From Amoebophrya sp. A120 (Eukaryota > Protista > Dinoflagellata), in NCBI GenBank assembly GCA_905178155.1, contig CAJINV010000007.1, positions 1,186,627 to 1,250,626 of the forward strand: 64,000 nucleotides of DNA. The letters run 5' to 3'. Positions 25,276 through 36,989 of the stretch are shown here, one piece after another; the first letter of the stretch is position 1; each line of letters begins with the position of its first letter. Both the position numbers and the translations under genes were made by a program. The notes below the pieces were generated by a model that made no database searches, had not been told where the DNA came from, and saw only the letters and a list, made by a program, of their open reading frames with translations.

Positions 25276-26052
25276 TCACAGCTGCTTCGGCTCGTCCCCG
25301 ATGTGGAGCAGCTCGATTTCGAAAACGAGCGTGGCATTGGGTGGGATCGGACCACCTGGTGTGCCTGTGAAGATTTTTGTCAACGCTCGTCGAATCGCTA
25401 TGTTGATGTATCGCATACGTAATTTGTTCCACTGGGATCAAAATAATGTGTCGAGTTTCTCTCTCCTCACTCTGTCTTCGCGACGCTGCCGTGCAAACTT
25501 AAAGGAACAAGTGTGGTAAAACGTACCTTGTGCCCCATACGCGTACCCCGGCGCGCAGAGCAGCTCCGCTTTTTCCCCGACTTTCATCGAGGCCACGCCC
25601 ACGTCCCAGCCAGATATTACCGAACCAGCGCCGATGCGGAAGTCAAACCCGTTTTTCCGGTGCGGTTTTGGGATGGAGGAGTCGAACACCGTCCCGTCGA
25701 GCAGCTTCCCGGTGTAGTGCGCCCACACCTTCTCCTGCTGCTGCGGCATTGCGCCGGTCCCCTCTTTCAGGATCTTTTTCTTCAGCTGCCCATCGCCGGA
25801 CAGGTCGATCGGGAAGGACGCCTCGGCCATGGTGCTGTTTGAAGATTTCTTCTTGGTTGTATCAGGACCTGCAGCTGCCGAGCTGCTTTTGATGCTACTG
25901 TTTGCGGCCGTACCGGCGGATTGCGGCGCCGAGACTCTTGGCTGCGCGGATTCGCGGGCGGTGCTGGAAGCGTGTTCTTCGCCAGTGCCGTCTGCTTCGG
26001 CACTAGAATGCTCAGGAGTGTCGGGGGCGGCGCAAACGCAACAAGAGGTCAT
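25276..26052 (-). CDS. FKBP: FKBP-type peptidyl-prolyl isomerase (~204 aa, one GT-AG intron 25365-25526)
   Basis: VWAHYTGKLLDGTVFDSS, VISGWDVGVASMKVGE, and YAYG...IPPNATLVFEIELL after splicing. An alternative start lies at 25830. Confidence 0.93.
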
Positions 26053-27445
26053 AGAACGCCGGGGACTTGTTCTTTTGCCAGAAGACCTACTTACCAGGTG
26101 GGGGGGAAAAACTTTGCAGCTCCTACGTTTGGGGTGACGGGGCGAGCAGGAGAGGAGTACTAAACGAATTTTTGCGGAAAAAGTAGCAAGAGGTTGTGGG
26201 CCGCGGTACTTTTTAGTCTGCAAAATTATATCTTTCCTAGGTAGCCTGAAACCAAGATTTGAACGAGCCTGAAAACAAGATTCCTAGGTAGCCTGAGGAC
26301 CAACAAGGCGACGAAGATCAAACTTTACTGTCTTGACCCAAGAAAACCGATTGGTGTACTAGCATTTTAACCTCGTCGGCTAGTACTGCCAATATTCCAG
26401 TGAATGATCATCCGTGTCTCCGCCGTTAGCGTCTCATCTACTGAGTACAGCTTGTGCAGCAGCAGGTCGGTCGCTCAAAAAATTGTTACAACTGTAGATC
26501 TCTTTTCCAGCTGAACATGTTTGAATTTTCCCAGTCACCAGAAAAACCGTCGTGAACAAGAACACCGAAGACGTTCTTGGTACCGTTCCACTTAGGTCGC
26601 GCCGTTGTGGAAAGCCCGTGTTTCGCGCAGGCGCCAATGTTGCGGTATGACAATTGCGGTGAAAAAAAGAAAGATGACACGGGTCGATCGTACAAAGGGT
26701 GGTGGCGTTGAGGGAAAAATTCAAGTTATTTCCAGTAGGGGTTACAATTTTCATTCAAGACTATGATCTCTCAAGTAGTAGTCGTATGGTCAGAAACTGA
26801 CAATGCAATCCAAAATTTTCGTACAAGGAAGAAGTTGCCTAGTAGTGCACAACTCGTGTCAAGTCAAAATGCTATGCGCCAATTGTAGTTTCGTACAGAA
26901 GTATGTAGTTCTACATCGAGGACTCTACTACTAGTTCTACTGTTGGATGCTTGTACTGTTATTTTGATATTTCCATTGACAATTACTACGAGTACGAAGA
27001 TTAAGTCCTCAATCTCTTAAACTACAGGGTGTAACTGATATGTTGATCGGGAAGTTGTCAGTACAGAGAAATGGGAACAACTGAAAAGAGGGTAGCTATG
27101 AATACAACATCTATCAAAACAGGAGAAAAGCTCAAGTCCTAGACTCCTACGCGAGACTGCCATCTCCGTTGTGCACCGTATAAGCAAGCATAAGCACTAC
27201 TTTATCTTCAAAAGCAAATCACCAGCTTCTTCACAGCGTTGAAGATTATTTTTGCTTCTATCTATCAAACGGCGCACGGAGAAGATGAAGATGCAGAGGA
27301 CGGCATGCTTTTAGTGTAGAAATATAGTGTACGACAGCGGGTTAAGTATTTTTTGACAAGTTCAACATCTTCTGCATCAATGTCGCACAATAGTGTAAAA
27401 TAAAATTAGACTGAAATAGTAGAAGAAGAAAGCTTCTGCTAGCTC

Positions 27446-29508
27446 CTACCACAACCGTCTTGTCTTGTTAATGTCCGGAAGACTCATCGTCTGGCCGATC
27501 TTCTGCGTTCTGGTTGCGATTCCCTTCAAGGCTCCTTCCCTCCTTTCCTTGGCCAGCTTGGCCTCCTTCCGGACATTAACCACAGAACCCCCGGCGGCGT
27601 CCCGCATAAACTCGGACTTGTCGCGCATCCGCTCGGCGTGGGAGATCTTCCAGGCCTTGAACACGTCGCCCGAGTCCAGCGGCCGGCCCATAAACACCCG
27701 CAGCGTGGACGCCAGTTTCGTCGGGCTGGACAGCGATTTCTGCTGCTTGTCGAAATAGCCTCGCTGCTTCTCAAAGGTTTCCCGGATTTTCGCGCAGGCG
27801 TCGGGCAAGCAATTCCGTTCCCTTATCGGCTGGTAATTGTGGAAGTAAATCGTCGCAGACGCGTCGCCCGCGTACTGTTTCGCCAAACTCGCGGCGTCGC
27901 CAAGGGCTGTGAAATTATTTTCCGGAGCATCATCTTCGTAATCGTCTTCGCGTGAAAAAAAAATGCACATCAAACGCTACCAAGAGACCACAGAAAAGAT
28001 CAAAATCACATCTTCACATCACTAAGAAATAATTATCAAGCGAATACTTGTGGACGTGGAGCACACAAACAAATGTTGACAAAAATGATTCCACTTTTCA
28101 AAACAAATCCAAATCAAACACGGAGAAAATCTTATATACGTCTTCCAGCCGTTGTCCATCTCGGCATAATGACGTGCGGGTCTGCGGACTTCTGTGTTTT
28201 CGCGAACTTGCGCAGTGTCGCGGTCGGTTCGCGGTTTACCACCTGCGCCTTCTTTACGGAGGAGCTCAGCTTTGGCAAGTATTTGTTCTGGTAAAGCCGC
28301 TTCTTCAGCGGCGGGAGACTGTTCAGCCACTCGTCCGCCGGCGGCCTTTCCCGGTGCGGGATCATGTCAATGGTCTGGCCGTGCTGCACCCCGTAGGAGC
28401 CAATCGAGTGCTCGCCGCGGAAGTAAGACTTGGCCTGCACGTGGAGAAGACGGATGTCCCGCTGCTTCAGCCTGGTGTTTTTTTTTGGAAGGGGAAATAT
28501 TTGAGCGAAAAAAGTGGCGTTCGTAGAGTAGATTCTCGAGATTGCACTTGTCTATATAGCTCTTGGAAAAGTCATTTTATTGCGTCTTCTTCTGCAAAAA
28601 GGGATGTTTATGCACAAACCCTTCGTAAGTTCACATATATCAAGCTTCATGTGTAGTCAGTCTACCTGCTTTATATAGCACATGATCGTGAAAATAGCAG
28701 AAGAAGAAACCTCAACATTAGTACCCTGTCAGGTCCGCAATTCTGTTCTTCAAACTGGGGCTATTTTCCCTGCTTCCCGGGACGTAATTTTCGATTTTTT
28801 GCTTCAACAAGTTTCTCTTCAGGTCCTCCGGTGTTCTGGGCGCGGAAACGGGGAGATCGGGGTCCACGGTGAGTTTGATGCAGTCCCCACTGTAGGGGAA
28901 AAATACATTCACGTCGATATCGTAATCCTGCGCCGCATAGTTCCGCCTCCCGTCTGGCGTCGGCACGGGCATAGACCTGATAAAAGATGAACATATTCAC
29001 GATTGGAGAATTTCTATGTATACATGCCACGCCGTCAACGAATTGTGAAGTTCTTTCAATATTCATGTCGAAAATATTAACAGCATAAAGGGTCCTCCTC
29101 GTGTGCAAAGATGTGGAGACATTTCTTATCCGCAATCAATGTCAACGCACCAACACGAGCAGTCCTCGTTGAATAAATGATTCATGAATATTTTTACCTG
29201 TCCACGTTCTCTAAGCTCGTTCCGCCGTACCGCAGCGGTCGGCCACTCCCGACCCTTCTCCTCCGCCTGCTGCCGCCGGTGTCCTCCAGTGGCGGGTCCT
29301 TGCTCGACCCCCACTCTACATACCCTTTCTTATTAGTCATTTCTGACGAGCCGGGGGTAGCAGAAGCAGGGCCTGCGGCGCCGTCTAAAGAAGTAGCACC
29401 GCCGTTATTCTTCAACAGCGTCGGCAGCATGTGGTTTTTCCGCGCGATCTCCTGCACGTAGTCCTGGACCGCGGCGTCCGACACCTGCAGGGCGGGAGAG
29501 AGCACCAT
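27446..29508 (-). CDS. Hypothetical protein (~464 aa) with a possible ubiquitin-like domain; three GT-AG introns
   Basis: In-frame joins at introns 28977-29197, 28472-28724 and 27946-28139. SLKNRIADLTGLKQRDIRL...SIGSYGVQHGQTI resembles a ubiquitin-like fold. Confidence 0.7.
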
Positions 29509-31209
29509 GGTGTTCGGTGGCTTGGTGTTGGCTGAGAATTGACTCTTCGACTGTTGTAAAAATTATCCTGCAGGTGAAGATGTCGCGTACTTGTATGTTA
29601 TTCTTATTCCCGTCGCCGTCCACAACCTATGGGACCGAAATCAACCAAGACTTTCCTGTAGATGACGTCGTGCCTAGTATCGCAAAACCTGCGTCACCTC
29701 AAAGGCTTCTACGTCTTCACGCATCTTGTTCTGTTTTCTGCTTTCCAGAATGAGACGATTGGAAATGTCAAATGAAATCTCGTAGCCATCCGGCTCCTCT
29801 ATATCGGGAAATCGGATCAAATACTCCTGGTGGAAATCTCGTATAAAGTGTATAAAAATTGAAAATCTTCTTCGCGAGAGTTGTGAGTGTGTTCTGAGCG
29901 GCCCTTAGATCTTTTTTTAAAAAGTTTAAAGCAGCTGAACCTCCTTAGGTCACTGTCAGTGATGGTTTTTTTTTTGAAGTGTGGCGAGATTATGAAGAAA
30001 AAAACCGATCGGGAAAAAAAGAGCAACATACACTTTTTACCCTTGCAAAGAAGACATATCAGACGTATGCAATGGCGCACGACAAAAAATGGGAAGGACG
30101 AACGACAAGAGAACCGGACTAGCTGAACGGAAAGAAGCAAACCGGTCTCCACGTGAACGAGCTGCTACGAATGAAACGCACGAAAGTAAGTGACACAACG
30201 CACGATTTAGGTTTTGAGATGTCGCACTACACGAGCCAAATTTGTATTCATGTGAACGTATTAATTGAGTGGTAGCGCCATGCGACGTCGAGAGCGATGT
30301 TGTGGCAGCAGAAACGTAGTACGATTTTTGTATCGCGTCGAAGCTGAACGAAACCAAACACAGCGCCGATCTTCTGGGAGGCTTCAAACAGCAGACTCCC
30401 GAAAGTACCTCCGCCTGGTGAATTCTCTGGACCTTTATGTTGCTGGAAGATGGGGGCTGATAATTAGGGAAGGAACGGGTGGAAAAAAGCAAAGCCTATC
30501 TGTTCGGTCGGACGTAGCAAGTGCGTATCAGGCTCTTTGGCTCTTTTCTCTTTAAGGGGTCGTGGGGGGAGTAATTACAAAAGAAAAAAATCAATTCAAA
30601 CATGTGACTTCCAAAAAAATCCTCAAGCTCTGGGAGGCAGAGTGAGCTGCACCACCTAGCGCGATGAAAATAAATCCCTCCTCGTATGATGAACGCTACT
30701 AGTAGTGTCAACAAAAGTAGGAAGCAACAAGTTTTTTGATGTCGGATTTTGGGTTACGGCTAAATTGGCATGACGGGGGATTTTGGGCTAGATGAAAATG
30801 GTTTTTGGAAAATACTGTACTTACTTGAACGTTGTGGTTGTATGAATCACAATTATCCAAAAGAAAATGACGAAAAATGAGAAAAGAAAAAAAAAACAGA
30901 AGTGAACTAGTCTTAAAAGTGAAGTAGTTGTAACAAACTGATGAAACTCACATACTGTGCATACTGTGAAAAAAATTCTAGGGATGATACTAGGCTGTTA
31001 GCAATGAAAGAAAAACTCCGGTAAAGTGTAATTCTGCTTCAGGTCCTAGATACTGCTCGACATAATGCGGTGCTTCTTCTCCTTCTCTGGAGCGGAGTCC
31101 AGCTTCACCTACCAAGAAATATTTTTGAAGTGTCGTATTCGTTTTACCGCGTATAAAAATTCAGACCACCTTTTTCGTCGAGTTGTGCAACTCGTCTCCA
31201 CTTCCGGGC

Positions 31210-32369
31210 TCAGGTCGCCCAGGTGTGCGCCCCCTTCTGCTGGCCCGCCCGCATGGTTTCTTGCTTTCCCTTGGTTCCCTTTTTGCCCTTCCAGGACGTC
31301 GAGGAACCCTTGTACTATGGACTGCAAAAATGTCTGGGTCTGGAAGGTTGGAACTTGTTATGCCAACCTTGGACTCTACAAACTTCTGTATTGCATGACC
31401 AGCAAGAGGACTCCGGTTTGTGCTACGCGCGGAGGGCATTTGTCATGCGGAATGGGCATCAGGAAGGCCTCTAAAAATCTGTGATGCTAGGGCTTCCATG
31501 ACAGACATTCTGTGTCATGCAAAAACAGCATAACAAATTCGGACTCTTCCAGACCCAGACATTTTTACATTTGATATGTACTCCATCCGTACGACCGTGC
31601 CCGCGGGCGCCATGCCCTTGACGCCCTTGCCTCGCTCCCGGCTCTGGGCGGGGGTCGGCACCACGGGAGCAGGCGCGGGCGGAGCGGGGGCCGCGTACGG
31701 GTCCTCGCCCCAGTCTTCCTCGTAGCCGTACCCATCGTCGTGCCACTCATCGCCTCCCCATTCGTCGCCCCCATATCCCTGGCCCCCGCCCCATTCGTCG
31801 TGTCCCCACCACTGGTTCGGGAGGTTATGGAAGAAAAAAACATGCGTAACCGTAAGTCTATGAAATGCAAAGTAAGTAGCACGCAACATCGCAGATACAG
31901 TTCTCATGTTTGCCAACACCGTCTTGAAATAAAGTCCTCTACTTCTCATATGTGTCTAGTACCTGTGCAGGACTACGTACAGTCTTTCTCTGTCACGCAG
32001 AACAAATTTGTGCTGACATGCTGCCACTCAAAGTTGTAGACCACACCCACAACAACGCATTTTTTTTTCTCTTGCGTAGAGGTACACAAACTTGTAGTAG
32101 TAGAAGGCCGCGCCTCCTGCAAGTGCGAGACCGAGAATAACGAGCACGACAACTAGCCCCGTTTCCATGAGTTGGCGCCGCGGCGCATTTTCTTGCTGCG
32201 ACGCATCGCCCGCCGTCCCGCTGCTGCTCTCGAACTCGGCTCGGGCAAGCTGAATCTGCCCCGCCCCGAGCGCCACGACTAGTGCCGTCGACACATCGCG
32301 CACCACCGACAGGCTGCTGGTCCCGGAGCAGCCCTGACCTCTGCAACTTCTGGACAGCGCCGAGTACAT
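31210..32369 (-). CDS. ~211-aa single-pass membrane protein with an acidic G/W/D-rich cytosolic region
   Basis: TM GLVVVLVILGLALAGGAAFYYY; removing two introners gives 636 nt = 212 codons. Confidence 0.75.
31316..31576. mobile_element. TIR introner, family A
   Basis: Perfect TSD tgtac. Confidence 0.93.
31826..32078. mobile_element. Degenerate TIR introner
   Basis: tatggaagaaaaaaa...tttttttctcttgcgta; perfect TSD gaggt; frame restored. Confidence 0.82.
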
Positions 32370-33173
32370 CTTTTGGTGCCGCGGTTTTTCACGAGGAGAA
32401 AAGATGGGGGCTGTGTATGTTTTCCTCTATATTCTTATTCGAGCAGGGGATGAAGTCGTGTAGCAAGAAACAACTTGATATTTATTTCTTGACTGCTTGA
32501 GTAGTGATATTATGATGAATTAAAACACTGGAGTGTTGCATTAAAAAGCGTCCGTACGGGACCGTGGGAATCCTTCGGGAACTGGAGCCATGGTGCGATA
32601 AGATATTCATTGTTCAGTGACAAAAACAAAGAAAACTCACATGCAAACCCACATTGCTCCACCGAGTCATGACCTTCTACGATGGGACCGAAGCGATAGT
32701 ACGCCGGTGTGGCTAAACCGCTGTACGAAAGGGTCAATGGGTGTACGAATGCGAATTCCTGGACGACAGAGATTGGCTTAATGACAGCGAGATCACAAGA
32801 GAAAAGGACGAAGTCTTCGTGCACCGAGGCTGTTGATAGAAGACGAAAACCGACAATGACGTAGCTCATTCCTCTTGTTTGTTTTCACACGAGAAGCTGC
32901 GAACGCACTTACTTAGGCGGCAGGCACGGTTAAATGTCCACAGTCACGTACTTCCTAGTCGGACTTGCTTTGATTCTTTCGAATATTTCGGACAAAAACG
33001 CGCTTCATGATGTGCCAGTGTGCAGCTACCATGATCATGCCCCTCCGTAACACTAGTCCGCGCGTGATAAAAGTGCGTGGTGTCGCGCAGCAGCCATGGT
33101 GGGACTACCTACGCGTCATGCAGAAGAAGATGATGAAAAAAAGCGATCACAATTTTCACTTCTATGTAGTGTA

Positions 33174-34407
33174 TCAATTTCCCTCCTCGTCCAAGATCTC
33201 GCCACAATCCACGATGGTCACCTTGCGGCGCGGCACGCCACTGCGGTCCCCACAGTTTTCGATCATTTGCATCACTCTTTTCGCCGTTTTCAACCGGTCC
33301 ACCACCTGCCCGAATACCACGTGCTTGCCGTCCAAATGCGGCAGCGCTCGGCCAAACGTGATGAAGAACTGGGCAGAGTTCGTGTTCTTCCCCGCATTGG
33401 CGCAGGACAGGAGGTACTTTCCGCCCAGATGTTTCAACACAAAGTTCTCGTCCGGGTACCACCGCGTCTCCCCCTTCGGCAGCCTATGGGATTCTCAAAC
33501 GCTAGTACATTGCTCCCTGTTACAGGAACCTGTGACGCAAGGAGACCCGGAAGCATGAATTGGGAAGTTTGCGCGTCTTACACATACAAATCCACAACTA
33601 CGGTGGATTACCATGCTCCTATGAAGGGCGTCGAGACATTGCCACGCTAAGTGAGTAGCTGGAAGATCGGGTGGGGCTGGCGGCCAATAGTGATTTTACA
33701 TGACAAAAAATCATGTAACAGGGGCGATCCGTACAAAAACGTTTGAGAGATCCATACAAGCCCCCTGTTCCGTCAAAGTGGGAAATGTCGCCGCCCTGCG
33801 CCATGAAGCCGGGGATGATCCGGTGCATCGGCACGTTTTCATAGCTTCCGATCCGGCAAAATCGCTGGAACCGGTCGGCAGTCTCCGGGACGATGTGCTC
33901 GAACAACTCGATTTCCACCCGGTGGGTGGATTTACTACCGTTGTACTGCTCAATTTCGAAATCGAGCCACACCAGCGGGTTCTGCGCGATAGCCGGCGCG
34001 GGGGACGAGTTCTTTTGTCCTCTGCTGTCGTCTCGCCTTCCCCGGCTGTCCTTGCTGCGCCCCCTACTGCCATGGTTTCTTCTACCCCGCGGCTTCTCTT
34101 CCCTGTAGTCGCGGTCCTTGGCCGCGCCTGTTGCTGGTCGTGCACTTGATTTACCACTACCGCGGTCCCGGGAATCAACATCATCGCGCCGCCTTTCATT
34201 TCTCTTCTCCCTCTCGTGGTCCCCTGTTCTGCGCCCCCGACTTCTGCTTTGTTCCCTTTTCTTACTAGCCGCGGGGCTCCGGCTCCTGCTACCGCTGCGG
34301 TTTCGCGTGCTGCGTTTCCGATCCCGATCCCGATCGCGCCGGCCGGAGGAACTGCGCTTGCGGTTTTGCTTTTTGTCCCGCCGTCCGCGGCTCCGAGAGG
34401 AGGGCAT
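33174..34407 (-). CDS. Cyclophilin with an N-terminal RS-rich domain (~318 aa)
   Basis: VPETADRF, MHRIIPGFMAQGGD, CANAGKNTNSAQFFIT and HLDGKHVVFGQV; one introner intron. Confidence 0.93.
33485..33756. mobile_element. TIR introner, family C (TATGG..TCTCAAACG)
   Basis: tatgggattctcaaacg...cgtttgagagatccata; TSD cagcc/caagc; joins GTGGL to PKGE. Confidence 0.87.
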
Positions 34408-35396
34408 GGTGAGTGGACAGACTGCTAACTAAAACTATCTAAAAACTCCGCGGATATATTATCACAGCAACTAGTCAAAGCAGTACAGACTCAAGGCGGG
34501 ACATAATCACGGAACTACAAACAGCTCAACAACTACCGCAACATATTGCAACTTTAGAAAATCATACAGAAAATCACTGTGATTTTTCTTGTTTCCCTTT
34601 TTCTTTTTGCACCGTCGTCCACGAAATCAAGTTTCCGATTCGTTTGCGTATCGATCCTTCTGCGGCAGTGCTGCGCAACATCTGGCGCGTATCGTGACAT
34701 ACGGATGAGATCGCGCAGTTTGTATTAAAGTAGCTCTAAATACCGGGCTCAAAATCGTCTTTCTCCGTTTCAGCTCGATCTGAGATGCAACTTTTCACAA
34801 GTGGAACGAACACCAAATACAGCTGCCATCTTCAAACGGCACCTTTCTCTTCGGCTGTTTTGACATCTGGTTTCGTTTTGTGAAGGGACTTCAATGTGTT
34901 CTTGCGAGGGTGCCCTGCTCCTTTTCAAAGAAACGGTCCGTGGGAGCAGGAAGGTTCATGATCATCTGTTGGGTAAAAACAAGCTGCGCATCAGCTTAAG
35001 TCCAAAATCCATCGGTGCAGTTGAAAGACACGGCGCGCAAGCGATTGCCCCACCGCATATGGTTTGGGTTGCCACAACAACAAATTTAATTTTTCACTCG
35101 CATGAAGATGCACTTCTTGGACTTACATTCTATGTCTACTCTGACTCTTCTACGCGTGGGGCGTAGATGTGGTTCGAGGGACCCATGATACTTTATACAG
35201 TCATATGATAAAGTAGCGCCTCCTGCAGGACCAAAAGACTTCCTTTTTCGCTATGCTAGTCCTACTGTAGTTGCGCGTATTGATGTGCTGCTCTCATCTG
35301 TTAAACTAATCCTTCCATGTTTAGTCCTTCAGTTTTTGATCATACACGATGTTGAAGACATCAGTCGTTTCTTTACTAGTACTTCTTACTTCTGCC

Positions 35397-36071
35397 CTAA
35401 GCACTCCCCATGACCGCTCTTTGTTGCATTTCGTTTTTCAGCTCCGCGCACTTCTGCAGCTCCTCGCCATTGCACTGCGCGTCCGCGAGCACGCCTCCGA
35501 GGTCCTCCACCCGCTTTCGCAGCGCAGCCACCAGCTGCCGTTCCGCGATCAGGGCTCGCCGGGCGAGTTCCAGCTTCGTCCGGCATGGCAGGTCATCCGT
35601 CTGCGTGCCGATGGTGCCGCGGAGGTCCTCGTAAAACATGTCCCTTGGTGGAGGAGATGCTGTGGTTTTGTCTTTTATTCCAGAAGTAGTAGATGTTGAA
35701 CTGGCTGTCGTCGTCGTCGAGAATGGTCGTGTTGCGCTGTAATTGGCCCCACCGATAGAAGTCGCCGAACCTCGCGTCGCACTATTATCGGTACTAAACG
35801 CCACACGACCTCCGGTAGACCCGCCGGGTACTGAAACACCGCCAGTGCCACCGGTTGACGACGACACCCTTCCCGCTGAGTAGTTTCCCTTGCCAATCCC
35901 CACTTGACGTCCCGCCGCTTCCTCCGCCTGCTGCTGCAGCCACTTGCCCGAAAACCGCCGGCTGATTGGGGCGGGCTTGCTGGAAGAAGTTTCGCTGGAC
36001 TTGAAGAGCGAAAAGCGGGGCAGGAAAGAGGCCGCACGCCCGCGGCCAGAACTGGTGAGTTGGGACCACAT
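35397..36071 (-). CDS. Hypothetical protein with an S/G/T-rich N-terminus and C-terminal coiled coil
   Basis: ORF from ATG 36071; heptad-like segment LVAALRKRVEDLGGVL. Confidence 0.6.
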   Translation of the reverse strand: MWSQLTSSGRGRAASFLPRFSLFKSSETSSSKPAPISRRFSGKWLQQQAEEAAGRQVGIGKGNYSAGRVSSSTGGTGGVSVPGGSTGGRVAFSTDNSATRGSATSIGGANYSATRPFSTTTTASSTSTTSGIKDKTTASPPPRDMFYEDLRGTIGTQTDDLPCRTKLELARRALIAERQLVAALRKRVEDLGGVLADAQCNGEELQKCAELKNEMQQRAVMGSA

Positions 36072-36989
36072 TGATTGTCTACTGGGACAGCTTGTTTCTT
36101 TTGTGTAGAAACTAGAACTCCATCTAGAACTTCTTGTTATTATTTGCGTCGGGGTTATGAAGCTTATGATTGTAGTACGCGAGCAAAAATTTCCAAAACA
36201 AAGTACGTTGCAGGATTTAATTCGATTTCTTGTCGTCACCAGTATAGCTGAGGAGAAAACTTTCGCTGTGATCGCGTTTACAGTTTAGAGTTTGGTAGAA
36301 GTGAAAAGTTACCTACAGACTGTATCAGATCTGATCATGTATTCCAGCTTTCCCATGAATCGATCTCTTTCTCATTGTGGTATTTTTCAGTTGGATCCAT
36401 CTTGAAACTTTTTTGATCAACGCCTCCGGATCGATCTTTCCTAGCACTTTTCCTCAGAATTTGATCCACGAGGACTCAAGTGCGGCCATTATACCTTGAA
36501 TTTTGAGCGATTTTACTGCTTGTGCATTTCTAAAATGGTAAGCACAATCAATCACAACAAAGCGTCGCCTCTTTGTCTTGCAACGACATTTGCAGTTCGT
36601 ATCTGAGTCCGCTGAGAAGTGAGTCTCGTCGCCATCTTGCTTCATTTTGCAGGTGCATTCCGCTCTTGTCTGAGCTGCCAGAGAACTTTCATAGTTATTT
36701 ATCCGTATCATTATTCGCATAATGTAAGATTTCATTTTTCTTTGAAAACGACATTTGGTTTACTGATTTGGAAACATTTATTGCATTGAGCAAGCTAAGC
36801 ATATTGCTGGCCACTGGTACCAAGCTTTTTTCGGCTAGTACCACGCCATATCGTACAAAAATGTTTGGTCGAAAAAAATTAGCTCAAAAAAAATGTATAC
36901 CCTCCATCGTCGGTCCCTGGTGCCCCCCGCCGGCAAGTAATTTATCACGACAGCTACATCGAAACACCAGAAGCCCACTGGTTCTACTA

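Noticed and set aside
27946-28139. Possible GT-AC intron ending at 27952
   Set aside because: An in-frame AG 6 nt further on (27946), after the same pyrimidine tract, gives a normal GT-AG intron.
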